The translations under genes were made by a program, and so were the position numbers. Positions 9,711 through 19,292 of a stretch of 64,000 nucleotides of DNA are shown in pieces. The first letter of the stretch is position 1. Every line of letters begins with the position of its first letter. This stretch comes from an uncultured virus (IMG/VR IMGVR_UViG_3300025368_000001). Lineage: Duplodnaviria > Heunggongvirae > Uroviricota > Caudoviricetes. Location: IMG/VR virus record IMGVR_UViG_3300025368_000001, one strand, 5' to 3'. The notes beneath the pieces were generated by a model, which had not been told where the DNA came from, did no database searches, and saw only the letters and a list, made by a program, of their open reading frames with translations.

Positions 9711-10122
9711 TGTTTTCTTTTTTTAATTCGTTGCCTAATTTCCATATTCCACAGTTTTGTTTTGGATACAGTTCTGGATTATGTGTTACATAATAAAGAG
9801 GTTGCTTATAAAATTCAGGCTTCCAACTTTCTGTAATATCCATAATAGTACCTTCATCTGTAACATCACCAATTTTAAATACTACTGTTTGCATTGTTTG
9901 ATTGTTTGAATTATGATGATTATTAAATGCTTTCATAGCATCCTCAAGTTTAGAATATCTACCTACTAAAAAGTCTTTTTGTCCAAAAATAGCTTGACCT
10001 CTTACCGTATATAAAGGAACAGTAGGATGATTATTAAAGGTTATACTTTTACCAAAACCTTCATAACTTGTTATAATAACTTCTTCGTTATCATTAACTG
10101 TGTGATGTCCCATTATTATCAT
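9688..10122 (-). CDS. Hypothetical protein
   Basis: 144-aa ORF in operon. Confidence 0.6.
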   Translation of the reverse strand: MIIMGHHTVNDNEEVIITSYEGFGKSITFNNHPTVPLYTVRGQAIFGQKDFLVGRYSKLEDAMKAFNNHHNSNNQTMQTVVFKIGDVTDEGTIMDITESWKPEFYKQPLYYVTHNPELYPKQNCGIWKLGNELKKENNEKSTNI

Positions 10123-10675
10123 TTGATTCTTTTAATTGATTAATAAATTGTATGCAGTTGTATAGGGCTGTTAGGGTTTCGAGGGGAATACCTTTAATAA
10201 TACTAATCATAACATTAGATTTTATTCTGCCATAAGGAACGCCCTTTTTATAATCAAATATCTTTTCTTCCCTCACCTTTTCCCAAACTTCGTGAAGCCT
10301 GTTCCAATCTAAAAATGATTCTACGTTACCGTAACAAATAAATTCTCTAAATTCATTACGCCATTGAATCCCTTCAAAAGCTGGGTATTTTATCCATCCC
10401 ATATACTTTGCCACTACTTCTTTCATTTCAGCGATTGTGGGGTTTTGGTTTTCCTCATTGTTTATAATTTTAATGTGACCCTTACCTTCATTCAAGGAGT
10501 AAGGAATATCTTTACAAGAATGATTATCATCGCATACTAATTTACCATAAAAATCACCATCACTATCTACTGATACAATTAGATCATATCCCCATTCAGA
10601 TTTTAAAGTGTCTCCTACATATATAGCAATGTTATTGTCATCTTTAAGGTTTGTGGGGGTTAATTCTGTTTGCAT
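10094..10675 (-). CDS. Hypothetical protein with YopX-like N-terminus
   Basis: TNLKDDNNIAIYVGD resembles the YopX TGLKDKNGKEIYEGD motif. Confidence 0.6.
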   Translation of the reverse strand: MQTELTPTNLKDDNNIAIYVGDTLKSEWGYDLIVSVDSDGDFYGKLVCDDNHSCKDIPYSLNEGKGHIKIINNEENQNPTIAEMKEVVAKYMGWIKYPAFEGIQWRNEFREFICYGNVESFLDWNRLHEVWEKVREEKIFDYKKGVPYGRIKSNVMISIIKGIPLETLTALYNCIQFINQLKESNDNNGTSHS

Positions 10676-10723
10676 AATGCGTATGTTTTTTTAGTTATTA
10701 AATACGGGTTAATACTACAATCT

Positions 10724-10954
10724 CTAGGGTCTTTCATTGATTAATTTTTTAGCGTTATTTAATACTGTTTCAACTTCATCAAATGTTTGTGGAAAGTTGC
10801 GTCTATAATTTTCTATTATATTTATCAACTCTCTATGACTTTCAGCAAGTGGGGTGTAGTAATCTTTCAGAATAGTATCAACATAATATTCTGATAGCCT
10901 TATAAAGCCACAATCATCATATAATACTTTCTCTTTAATTTCTTTAATGTTCAT
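10724..10954 (-). CDS. Hypothetical protein, paralog of 12196..12432
   Basis: Shared YYxPL and VETxxxNAKKLxNE motifs. Confidence 0.6.
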   Translation of the reverse strand: MNIKEIKEKVLYDDCGFIRLSEYYVDTILKDYYTPLAESHRELINIIENYRRNFPQTFDEVETVLNNAKKLINERP

Positions 10955-11117
10955 TTTTTAACAATTTTATTTCTTTCCTTAAATAACTCTTATGCTTATC
11001 ATCTTTCGGGTTCTGCATCATTCGCTGATAGCGTTCTAGTTGCAGTTGCTTTAACTCCTTATCGGTTGGCAGCCTATCACGTTGTGCGATAAAGGCGTAG
11101 ATTGATTCTTTATTCAT
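10944..11117 (-). CDS. Hypothetical protein
   Basis: Probable start MNKESIY; coupled ORF. Confidence 0.55.
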   Translation of the reverse strand: MNKESIYAFIAQRDRLPTDKELKQLQLERYQRMMQNPKDDKHKSYLRKEIKLLKNEH

Positions 11118-11391
11118 TGCCACAAATATTTTTGTCAATATGGTCGTAATGGTTTTCTAAATACTTATCTATTACTTCATTTTCTTTATCGGTATAAAAC
11201 CCTCTTTCCCATTCTATTCCTTCGCATCCTCTTACAGTTACTATTGTTGATAGGTATTTGATACCCCAGTACTCCCCTGCATCTTCACCACGTTCCATAT
11301 CAATCGGTTCGCCAAAAAATTCTACATTTTTGTAATAAAATTCATAAGGGTTAACTATAAATTCGATTTCTTCAGTATATGTATGTATCAT
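11110..11391 (-). CDS. Acidic hypothetical protein
   Basis: 93-aa ORF. Confidence 0.6.
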   Translation of the reverse strand: MIHTYTEEIEFIVNPYEFYYKNVEFFGEPIDMERGEDAGEYWGIKYLSTIVTVRGCEGIEWERGFYTDKENEVIDKYLENHYDHIDKNICGNE

Positions 11392-11429
11392 AATTATTGC
11401 AGTTTATAGGATGCTGCACCCCTTTTTAA

Positions 11430-11672
11430 TTAAAATGTTAATGTGATGTCTATTTTTACATCATTGTAAACCGAAGTGCAGCTGAACCATTTCTCTTTTG
11501 GTAAATACTTAATATCAAAGTTAAATTCTGTTTCGCTAATAAATGCTAAAGTTTCACCTTTGCAATGTCCTTGCAATTTCACTTGATTATGCACATTAAT
11601 ACCAACGGCGTAGAATCTATCTAAACCTAATTTTTCTTGTAGGTAATTTAATACCTCTAATTCTTTTTTCAT
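11430..11672 (-). CDS. Hypothetical protein
   Basis: 80-aa ORF. Confidence 0.65.
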   Translation of the reverse strand: MKKELEVLNYLQEKLGLDRFYAVGINVHNQVKLQGHCKGETLAFISETEFNFDIKYLPKEKWFSCTSVYNDVKIDITLTF

Positions 11673-11678
11673 TTTTTT

Positions 11679-12209
11679 CTATTTTTTAGTTATTAAATAC
11701 GGGTTAATCTCACACTTTCTAGGGTCAATCGCTTCTAAATTCGGAAACAAATTTATTCGCCTTGAAAAGAGGTATTGGAAAAGGGCTAGTTGAAAGGTTG
11801 ATTGATACAAATTGCCATTAATTGTTTTATAAAATGACTGATATGTAGGCGAATATCTAAATAATATTTCTTTATTATCACTATTTAACCATACTAATAT
11901 ATCTCTTACAAAATCATAATCCTCTCCCTTATACGTCCCCTCTATCTTCGCCAATTCCACTAAAGGTATCTCATCTACTCCCTCGTGGTTGATTGTTTCT
12001 GTGAGGCAATAAAGAGGGTAGAGGTAGGGAACGGTATCATCTGAACACCAACCTTTATAATCAAAACTCTCTCCATCATATTCACACACTATTAAGTCGA
12101 ATAGTATTTTTTGAGGTTGGTAACCTACTAAAACACCTTTAACTTTATTATCAAATTCCACTACCACCCCACTATCCAAATAGTGTATTAGTTCTTTATT
12201 CTGTTTCAT
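11679..12209 (-). CDS. Hypothetical phage protein
   Basis: 176-aa ORF with PYLYPL..LT motif. Confidence 0.7.
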   Translation of the reverse strand: MKQNKELIHYLDSGVVVEFDNKVKGVLVGYQPQKILFDLIVCEYDGESFDYKGWCSDDTVPYLYPLYCLTETINHEGVDEIPLVELAKIEGTYKGEDYDFVRDILVWLNSDNKEILFRYSPTYQSFYKTINGNLYQSTFQLALFQYLFSRRINLFPNLEAIDPRKCEINPYLITKK

Positions 12210-12432
12210 TTGTTAATTTTTTAGCGTTTAAAATAATTGTTTCTACTCTTGCCCAATGTTTATCATGCTGCTTACTATCCTTTAGCTTTTCTATTGCTGA
12301 AATTAGCGGATAGTAGTAATTGTTTAAGACGTGATTTGCGCCTTCTACAAAATCATCAAATGCGTGTTCTTGATAATCGGTGTCTAACTTTTGGGAGTGT
12401 GCCGTAGCGGCTTGCTTAATTTGCTCTTTCAT
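12196..12432 (-). CDS. Hypothetical protein
   Basis: 78-aa ORF. Confidence 0.6.
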   Translation of the reverse strand: MKEQIKQAATAHSQKLDTDYQEHAFDDFVEGANHVLNNYYYPLISAIEKLKDSKQHDKHWARVETIILNAKKLTNETE

Positions 12433-12452
12433 TTTTTAACTGTTTAGCGTTA

Positions 12453-12746
12453 TTAATTAAACCCTTTGCTTAATCCGAAAATAGGATCCAACAACGTAGC
12501 GTTCTCCCAAGAGAAATACTCGGTAACAATAACACCTGGAACACTAAATACTCGTTGTTTCTTCGGAAGATTAAACTCCTTTATTAGTTGATACATCGTT
12601 GTGTACGATACGCCTATATGTCTGCATATTGCGCCAAGTGTCATTTTTGCGTTATTTTCTATATAGAACTTCTTGTGGTCTTCAGTCATAACGAATTTGT
12701 TGTCTCTACCTGCCGGCATTTTAGCCAGATTAATTACTTTAGCCAT
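12453..12746 (-). CDS. HTH DNA-binding protein
   Basis: MTLGAICRHIGVSYTTMYQLI helix-turn-helix. Confidence 0.65.
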   Translation of the reverse strand: MAKVINLAKMPAGRDNKFVMTEDHKKFYIENNAKMTLGAICRHIGVSYTTMYQLIKEFNLPKKQRVFSVPGVIVTEYFSWENATLLDPIFGLSKGFN

Positions 12747-12776
12747 TTGTTTGCGTTTTTTGTGATTAAATTATTA

Positions 12777-12980
12777 TTACTCCATTTTACTTTCTAGTAC
12801 TAAATAACTCACTATTTCTTTTTTGCCGTTACGGTATTCATTCAGATGTTCTAAAATTAGCTCTCCTTCCTGTATTCTAGCGGCTTTTAATAGTTCATTG
12901 GAACATTCCTCTGCATTGCCAATTATCGGGGCTAGAATCGCCTCTTTTCGATATTTTCCAAATTGTGTGATAAGTCTCAT
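12777..12980 (-). CDS. Hypothetical protein
   Basis: Probable start MRLITQ. Confidence 0.5.
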   Translation of the reverse strand: MRLITQFGKYRKEAILAPIIGNAEECSNELLKAARIQEGELILEHLNEYRNGKKEIVSYLVLESKME

Positions 12981-12990
12981 ATTGTTTATT

Positions 12991-14922
12991 TTAAAAAGGT
13001 TTTTCTTCGAGGTTGTTAAAATCGTCTTTAAAAGCATCTTTATTCGTCCAATGATGCGATTCTATTGGCTTGAAATTGCCATAGGGATGTTTCCTATCCT
13101 CGTCTTTGATTATGGAAGGGGCGTTTGTGTCGGCAGTATCAATAGAGCTGTATTGCCTTGTTAATGGATCAAACTTGAAATGCCTTGTGCCAACTCTTCC
13201 AAGCCAAGAATATTTTACCTTTTGGATGTGAACATCGACAATCCCGGTATCAAAATTTCTGTAAACTGTTATCCCATTATGTGTTTTTTGTCCAAACTCG
13301 GCAGCGCCTTTACAGTTAGTAAGTGTTGGCACTAAATATTTACCATCTACTCCTTTTGCCATCTTTGTAGGGTGAACTACTAAAAACCCGTGAAGATTAT
13401 ACTTGCGCAAGAAAGAGGTTATCTGAGATAATACTTTGCTAGTGTAAGCATCGGTAGTCATTCCGGAAGGTGTATTGTGTTCGATACAGTTCCAAGGTGA
13501 AATAACTAAAGCGTTGATGCCATATCGCTCTACCATTTGTTTTGCCTTATCTAGAATACTATCTATCGTTGTATCGAATGTATCGACATTTAGAATTTTA
13601 ATATATTCATCTACAAACGACATCGACTTATTAAACTCAGTCTGATTCATTCTGTGTTCTGGGTTCTTTCTGAAATCGTACGACTTACAAGCATACTTTT
13701 CCATAAACTTAGATGCGGTTATATCAGGCGTTTCCTCGAATTGACATATCATCGTTTTCCAATGATTTATTTTTGCTAATCCTGTACAGAAAGCATTTAA
13801 GAACTCGTCTTTCCCGTGACCGTGTATGCCAGTTACAATAGTTAATTGCTGAGATATTATGGTTAAAAAAGCATCTGTGTCACCAATATCATCTAGCATA
13901 CCACTTTTAGCACCTTTTGGGTATCCGTTTTGGTAGTAGTACAGTAACTTATCGGCCATACTCTCAATAGTACTTTCGCCTTCTAGCGGATATAACCTTG
14001 CATTAGTAATTAAATCTTTTACTGCTTGTTTGCCGTATTTAACAAGAACATCGTTCGCATCTTTACAGCCATCGGGGTAATTAACGATATAGCATCTCTC
14101 TTTCCCTAACCTTCTACTTAATTCTTCGCAAAGCCTTCTTCCTGGCTCGTCACTATCGGTTGCTATGTATATTTTTTTCTTCCCATCGAAGTATTGCCAA
14201 TTATTATCTAGGTATTCCAATTTTAAGTTACCAACTCCAGCACCGTTAGGTACACTTACTACAAAATACTCACCAGCTTCGTAAAAAGACATACAATCTG
14301 CTTCGCCTTCCGTTATTATAGCCTCTTCTACGCCCTCAATCGCATCAATGTTATAGAATACCAACTTTGCATCTTTGGCGAGCTTAAAATCCTTGTCTTT
14401 GCCACGAAATTTAATATTTACAAGTTTGTCTTGTTCGTAGTAATTGAAGCAAATCGCTTTTATCTCTTTTTTTGCTTTAGGCATCCACTCTACTGATTCA
14501 GTCACTCTAAACCTGAGTAGCGTGTTATTACTAATCTTTCTATGATTCTCAAAATAGTCGATGGTTGTTTTTGATAACTTCTCTAATCTTTCAGCAGGTA
14601 AAATGTAAGTTTTTTTACTTTCTTCGGTGGCGTCATTTACTACTTCGATGTTATACTTTTCAGCAAGAAGTTTTATCGCATCTATGTACTTCACCCTTTG
14701 AGTTTCCATCACAAACTTTATAGCATCACCGCTTACACCGCATCCAAAGCATTTGTAAAAGTTTTTTGAAGGACTAACTTTGAATGATCCGGACTTCTCA
14801 TTATGAAAAGGGCATAATCCAACGTAATCGCTACCTTCTTTTTTCAGCTTTACAGATTCTCCTATTAGTGATACTATCTCAGCAGCCGACTTTACTTGTT
14901 CTATCGTAGTTTGTGAAATCAT
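12991..14922 (-). CDS. DNA primase-helicase (CHC2 zinc finger + TOPRIM + SF4 helicase, T7 gp4/Twinkle-like)
   Basis: CPFH..CFGC, ITEGEAD, DSDEPG, CKDAND, Walker A-like GIHGHGKD, VHPTK. Confidence 0.9.
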   Translation of the reverse strand: MISQTTIEQVKSAAEIVSLIGESVKLKKEGSDYVGLCPFHNEKSGSFKVSPSKNFYKCFGCGVSGDAIKFVMETQRVKYIDAIKLLAEKYNIEVVNDATEESKKTYILPAERLEKLSKTTIDYFENHRKISNNTLLRFRVTESVEWMPKAKKEIKAICFNYYEQDKLVNIKFRGKDKDFKLAKDAKLVFYNIDAIEGVEEAIITEGEADCMSFYEAGEYFVVSVPNGAGVGNLKLEYLDNNWQYFDGKKKIYIATDSDEPGRRLCEELSRRLGKERCYIVNYPDGCKDANDVLVKYGKQAVKDLITNARLYPLEGESTIESMADKLLYYYQNGYPKGAKSGMLDDIGDTDAFLTIISQQLTIVTGIHGHGKDEFLNAFCTGLAKINHWKTMICQFEETPDITASKFMEKYACKSYDFRKNPEHRMNQTEFNKSMSFVDEYIKILNVDTFDTTIDSILDKAKQMVERYGINALVISPWNCIEHNTPSGMTTDAYTSKVLSQITSFLRKYNLHGFLVVHPTKMAKGVDGKYLVPTLTNCKGAAEFGQKTHNGITVYRNFDTGIVDVHIQKVKYSWLGRVGTRHFKFDPLTRQYSSIDTADTNAPSIIKDEDRKHPYGNFKPIESHHWTNKDAFKDDFNNLEEKPF

Positions 14923-15590
14923 AATACAAGATTTGGGTCGTACACATGGCCATTAGGCAAAACAACTATATCCTTCTTTTGGAATTGTGGTGTAGGTTGA
15001 TGTTTAGGGGAGTTGTAATTTGCTACCCAAGCATTAATCAATGACCCTGATTTATTTGGTGCCATTTCTGGGTATCTTACCGTAAACTTCCTTGCTTCTC
15101 TATCAACAACTTCTTCATCCCAATTAGAGCATCGCTTGAAGAGCATCTTTACTTCACGCAATTTATTTTCGTAGAAATCTGTTGTTGCTGTCTCTTTTAC
15201 AACAACATTATTTATATCAGTATCAGTAACAGTATCAGTATCAGTAACAGTAACAGTATCAATAGGGTTATTAGGTTTTAACCCAGAAACCTCTTGGTTA
15301 TTTAGGTTTTCTTTAGGTTTATCTAGGTTTTTTGAAGTAGGTCTACCACCAAGTCTGCCATTTTGTACGGATGTTTCCCTTCTTTTGTCGTAATCCTGTA
15401 TATTCCTAGTTAAGTTAGGCTCTATTAGTTTCCAAACTAATTTAACCGATAGGTTATTTAGGATTATTAAATCTTCTTTGTCACTATGGAAGTAAAATAA
15501 ATTCCTGAATATAATTGCTTGGTCTGTATCGGAAAGTTCTTTGATAGCCTCAACCCATTCCGTCCTAATAATGAAAGTGTCCTTTGCCAT
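14919..15590 (-). CDS. Phage replication initiator (DUF6291-like N-terminus)
   Basis: KDTFII...NGRLGGRP followed by DTVTVTDTDT low-complexity linker; lies directly upstream of the helicase. Confidence 0.7.
   Translation of the reverse strand: MAKDTFIIRTEWVEAIKELSDTDQAIIFRNLFYFHSDKEDLIILNNLSVKLVWKLIEPNLTRNIQDYDKRRETSVQNGRLGGRPTSKNLDKPKENLNNQEVSGLKPNNPIDTVTVTDTDTVTDTDINNVVVKETATTDFYENKLREVKMLFKRCSNWDEEVVDREARKFTVRYPEMAPNKSGSLINAWVANYNSPKHQPTPQFQKKDIVVLPNGHVYDPNLVL
15263..15345. repeat. Putative replication origin iterons inside the initiator gene
   Basis: TAGGTTT at 15272, 15303, 15314 and 15324 plus variants; position like the lambda O origin. Confidence 0.6.
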
Positions 15591-15602
15591 AACTAAATAT
15601 TT

Positions 15603-15821
15603 TTACTGAGCTAACCAGTCTAATTTGTACTGAGATTCTTGTTTTGGATTCACCACGCTAATGAGTTCCTTTTCGATGTTATTCATTATGGCAAAATCCC
15701 TTTTATCTTTGGTTTTTAATGCTTTGCGTTTCGAGTTTAAATAAGAGGTTAGTTTGTCTAATAGCCACTTATTTTGCGCTAAAAGCTGTTGATATTCAAA
15801 TTCTAGTTGCTCTTGTGACAT
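15603..15821 (-). CDS. Hypothetical coiled-coil protein
   Basis: Probable start MSQEQLEF, just after the leader terminator. Confidence 0.6.
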   Translation of the reverse strand: MSQEQLEFEYQQLLAQNKWLLDKLTSYLNSKRKALKTKDKRDFAIMNNIEKELISVVNPKQESQYKLDWLAQ

Positions 15822-15828
15822 AACCAGA

Positions 15829-15962
15829 AATAAAAAGCCCTTAACGGTTCGTGCGGCAACACTCCCCGTTAAGGGCGAAAGGTTAAAATATATGTACAAT
15901 CTATCGTGCAGTTGCCGCTACACAATAATTTTTTAAAATTTGTAAGAACTCCGACAAATATA
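15829..15962 (-). promoter_or_regulatory. Promoter plus attenuator-like leader RNA of the replication operon
   Basis: TATATTTG -7 box at 15955-15962; 11-bp stem GCCCTTAACGG/CCGTTAAGGGC with U tract; loop GTTGCCGC is complementary to upstream GCGGCAAC. Confidence 0.65.
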
Positions 15963-16058
15963 CAAACAAAATACAAATGATATACAAATGAATGTGTGTA
16001 ATTGTGAAAACTATTTGTACTTAATGTTTGCGGTGACATTCCATCTAATTAAATAAGT

Positions 16059-16154
16059 TTAACTGATTGATAGTTGATTGCTGTAAAATGCTTCGCAATC
16101 AGTCCATTTAAGCCTGTTACCGCCTAAACACGCATATAAATTCAATACTTTCAT
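16059..16154 (-). pseudogene. N-terminal remnant of a C5 cytosine DNA methyltransferase
   Basis: MKVLNLYACLGGNRLKW (motif I-like), stop after 31 aa. Confidence 0.65.
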
Positions 16155-16157
16155 CCC

Positions 16158-16436
16158 CTAAAATATTAATTGTTGTCCTAAAACCTTATCCGGTGCTTTT
16201 TTAGCCCTTGTTTTACTCTGAGTGGTATCTTTAATCGCAACCTCTGTCTTTTCTGCTATTACGGGCTTCTCTTGGCTTATTTCGTCCTTTAAAACTGAGA
16301 ACCCGTCTTTCTATTCAAGAAGTCTGACTATTAGTACCGTAACCTTATCTGATATTATCACCACTTCATCGCCGGCGTTACCGTAAATATGTGACGGCTT
16401 ACACTTGCTTCTAATATCAGTTTTGAGGTAGGGCAT
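16158..16436 (-). pseudogene. Hypothetical gene with one in-frame TAG
   Basis: 93-codon frame MPYLKTD...GQQLIF fills the gap between neighbours; internal TAG at 16311-16313. Confidence 0.55.
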
Positions 16437-17239
16437 TAATCTGAAATAATTGTTTCTTCAAACTCCACATCTTGAACTAATACAGGTCTTTCAATAAGCA
16501 TTTTACCTGCTGCTTTAACCCGTTCAGCGAGAAAGTCTTTGTCTTGTTGGGGAATCTCAAACCTTATGATATTCAGGTTCTTGTAATAGCCACCATCAAC
16601 TAGGTAAGGAAGTTCAGATATTGCACCTTTTGATACCCAATACAAGGAAGGTTCTTCTTCGGCCATTAGCTTAATCTCTTGAAGTTCGGATAGATACGGC
16701 ATATACACGATAAGCTCGGCGTATTTACAGTCTGAGATACAAGCGTTGGAGACTAATTGCCAGTAATAGGTGTCACCGTCCGAATGCTGTTCACGGATAA
16801 TATCCATTACGTCATTTCCGGATAGTTCTTCGTTGTAAAGCGGATCAACCAACTGACAGAAAGAAAGTAAAGTGATGGGGCATTTAAAGTCTACCACCGT
16901 ATCGCCGTCCTTACCTCTTTTGATAGCATCTTTTGAACCACTCCAATAATCGAACTGAGGATGCACTTCTGTATCTTTGGTAGAAGCCTCGTATTCAAAC
17001 CCGATAAGATTAATCACTCTTTGTTCAAGTAGCTTCCCCCACACTAAAGCCTTGGCGTTACTCTCAGCTTCTATTGCTCTACCTAATAACCTTTCGTAGT
17101 TTTTGTTCCGGATGTATGTGTTAGCCGGTGCGCCGAATATTGCGCCTTCTTTTGCAGCCTTTGCGGTGGGATTACTCATTAATGCTGCTATTTTACTCGA
17201 TGTGAAATTCCCGTTACGTTGATGTGAATTGAATATCAT
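16436..17239 (-). CDS. YqaJ/lambda-exonuclease-like recombination nuclease
   Basis: RNGNFTSS, WGKLLE, SGSKD, DFKCP and YYWQL motifs. Confidence 0.8.
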   Translation of the reverse strand: MIFNSHQRNGNFTSSKIAALMSNPTAKAAKEGAIFGAPANTYIRNKNYERLLGRAIEAESNAKALVWGKLLEQRVINLIGFEYEASTKDTEVHPQFDYWSGSKDAIKRGKDGDTVVDFKCPITLLSFCQLVDPLYNEELSGNDVMDIIREQHSDGDTYYWQLVSNACISDCKYAELIVYMPYLSELQEIKLMAEEEPSLYWVSKGAISELPYLVDGGYYKNLNIIRFEIPQQDKDFLAERVKAAGKMLIERPVLVQDVEFEETIISD

Positions 17240-17242
17240 AGT

Positions 17243-18076
17243 TTATAATTTTTGAAGGTAATCGTGTAGTTTTTGGTATGACTGCGCCTCTTTGTTTTCT
17301 ACTATCCTAGTGGCGTTTTCTACTAGGTTCTCAGGGATTGAATCTTTCTTTAAATCGTACAGCTCTTTCAAATCTTCATAAGAAACACCTTTTGGCGTAG
17401 AGGATACAGTTTCATAGGTTGCAAATCCACTTTCTGTTGCCTCTCCTTCTGGAATCGGATTGCCGCTGATTTTATCATAGAGCCATTTGTAAGCCTTTCG
17501 TGTTGCTTTCCCGAGTACAGCATCTATCCCCATACCCTTGTTAGCCCTGATCTGAATAGTAAGTTGATGTTGGCCAATGGCTTCGCCCTCTTTCCAATTA
17601 AGCGTTACCGGGACATTGACATTGGTAGCGGCATTATAGTTAGGTAAATCTTCCTTAATTAATCCGAAAGAAACATCGTACTTTAATCCTGACCAATTAT
17701 CAAGAAGGTATTTTAAGCCTTCCTTGGTGGCGTACATATTCCCTCCGATTATGTTCCATTGATTACCGGTTGTTTCTAAGCCGTACAATGTCGCTTCTAC
17801 TAAGCAATCTTTTACAATAGATTCCGGATACCCATCACCTTTTGTCCCATCCTGCTTTTTATCCTTATCGGTTTTAAATCCTAGCCTGTTACCTTGAAGT
17901 TGCATTATTGGTGCCATATACTCCTTGGTTAAGGCTAGTTTGAGTTCTTCTATGGCAGAAGCTACTACGAACGCTTTTTGGAAGCCTATAACGTTCTTTT
18001 GGCCTATTACCTTTGATGTGATGGCATTAAGTTTAATCGCCATTTCTTTACCTTGTGTTGCAAGTTCTGTACTCAT
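17243..18076 (-). CDS. Putative single-strand annealing recombinase
   Basis: 277 aa, directly upstream of the exonuclease (Red-like pairing); family not recognised. Confidence 0.5.
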   Translation of the reverse strand: MSTELATQGKEMAIKLNAITSKVIGQKNVIGFQKAFVVASAIEELKLALTKEYMAPIMQLQGNRLGFKTDKDKKQDGTKGDGYPESIVKDCLVEATLYGLETTGNQWNIIGGNMYATKEGLKYLLDNWSGLKYDVSFGLIKEDLPNYNAATNVNVPVTLNWKEGEAIGQHQLTIQIRANKGMGIDAVLGKATRKAYKWLYDKISGNPIPEGEATESGFATYETVSSTPKGVSYEDLKELYDLKKDSIPENLVENATRIVENKEAQSYQKLHDYLQKL

Positions 18077-18096
18077 AATTTATTTTTACTTTGTGA

Positions 18097-18354
18097 TTAA
18101 ATGTGTGCTTGTTTGCGGCTAACGAGTTGCCAATTAATAGAATCCACTATGCTTATGAATACCCCTGCTTCTTGTAGCAGCTTTGTTATGTCGCATTTAA
18201 CGGTGATATAAGGGCTTGCTCTTTCATAAAGTACGATTGATATATCGTCATAGCTTTGAGGTTCTTCGCCAGGATTACACTCGGCAGAAACTATCAATCT
18301 TTGCTGTGTGATATTATCCTCTTTAACCTCTATTACCTTACTAACTATTGCCAT
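18097..18354 (-). CDS. Hypothetical protein
   Basis: Probable start MAIVSKV. Confidence 0.5.
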   Translation of the reverse strand: MAIVSKVIEVKEDNITQQRLIVSAECNPGEEPQSYDDISIVLYERASPYITVKCDITKLLQEAGVFISIVDSINWQLVSRKQAHI

Positions 18355-18442
18355 AACTGTTATTTTCTGCCTACAATACAAATGACTAAAACCAAAGTAG
18401 CCATAGCCATTATCTTGTAAATGCGTTTGTAATCTTGTTTTC

Positions 18443-18709
18443 TCATGCTTTAACCTTCTTAGTTCTGATAGCCCATTTTTTACCGTCTTTGCCTTCAACG
18501 TATTTACCGGTCTTATCTATCATCCTAGTAATCGTTACGGTCTTTTCGTGGCCTAGAAAATCCATTACCTCGAAGCCATCATTAAATGGTAGTGCTTTCA
18601 ATGCTCGTTCTTTTAGATCATTAATATCCATATCATAAAGCATAAGAGGAACATCTCTTTTAGTTGGCATATTTGGGTATTTGTATCGCCTTTTCTTTTC
18701 GTTTGTCAT
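18443..18709 (-). CDS. Basic hypothetical protein
   Basis: 88-aa ORF. Confidence 0.6.
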   Translation of the reverse strand: MTNEKKRRYKYPNMPTKRDVPLMLYDMDINDLKERALKALPFNDGFEVMDFLGHEKTVTITRMIDKTGKYVEGKDGKKWAIRTKKVKA

Positions 18710-18726
18710 AAAATAATCAAGTTTTT

Positions 18727-18758
18727 AAAAAGTGGAGGAAGTAGAAACCCCCTCCGTG
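18727..18758 (-). terminator. Intrinsic terminator
   Basis: GGAGGGG-GTTTCTAC-TTCCTCC followed by ACTTTTT on the minus strand. Confidence 0.6.
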
Positions 18759-18876
18759 TTATATGTCCTACTAAAGAATCTTTAATCTTTTTTATGGCGA
18801 ATCGCTATTAATCCGATTAGGCACGATATACAGCAGTAAACAGCCGCTATCAGTATAAATCCAACTACTCTTTCCA

Positions 18877-19185
18877 TTAGCTTTGTTTTGATTTGTCTAA
18901 ATGAAGGGTGGTGCCATTAAGTAAAGCCTCTACATCATCTAAAGCCATTGGCTGGTATATTCTCAACTCCCCAACTGCTACCACATTGTTTGATGGCTCT
19001 GGTAAGACAGCAGCAATTACTTCGCCTAATGTTTGGATAAAAGCTGAACGAGGGTGTGCGGTAAGCTTATCTTTATCAGCCCAACCGGCACTATGTATTA
19101 CTTCGTCACGGTAAGCGTTAAAATTGGCATTTAGCTTATCCATTAAGCCCTTTATCTTCTCTATCTCTTGAATGTCTTGCTGCAT
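18877..19185 (-). CDS. Hypothetical protein
   Basis: 102-aa ORF. Confidence 0.6.
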   Translation of the reverse strand: MQQDIQEIEKIKGLMDKLNANFNAYRDEVIHSAGWADKDKLTAHPRSAFIQTLGEVIAAVLPEPSNNVVAVGELRIYQPMALDDVEALLNGTTLHLDKSKQS

Positions 19186-19292
19186 ACTAAAAACTATTAT
19201 CGTTGTTATCTAATTGAACTGAATCGTATTTAATGAATAAGTAGTCTAATACTGTAATCACTATCATGATGGCAAGTGTGTAAAGCATATCG

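Noticed and set aside
15217..15261. CAGTA(A/T) hexamer tandem repeat as a separate element
   Set aside because: It encodes the DTVTVTDTD linker common in phage initiator proteins
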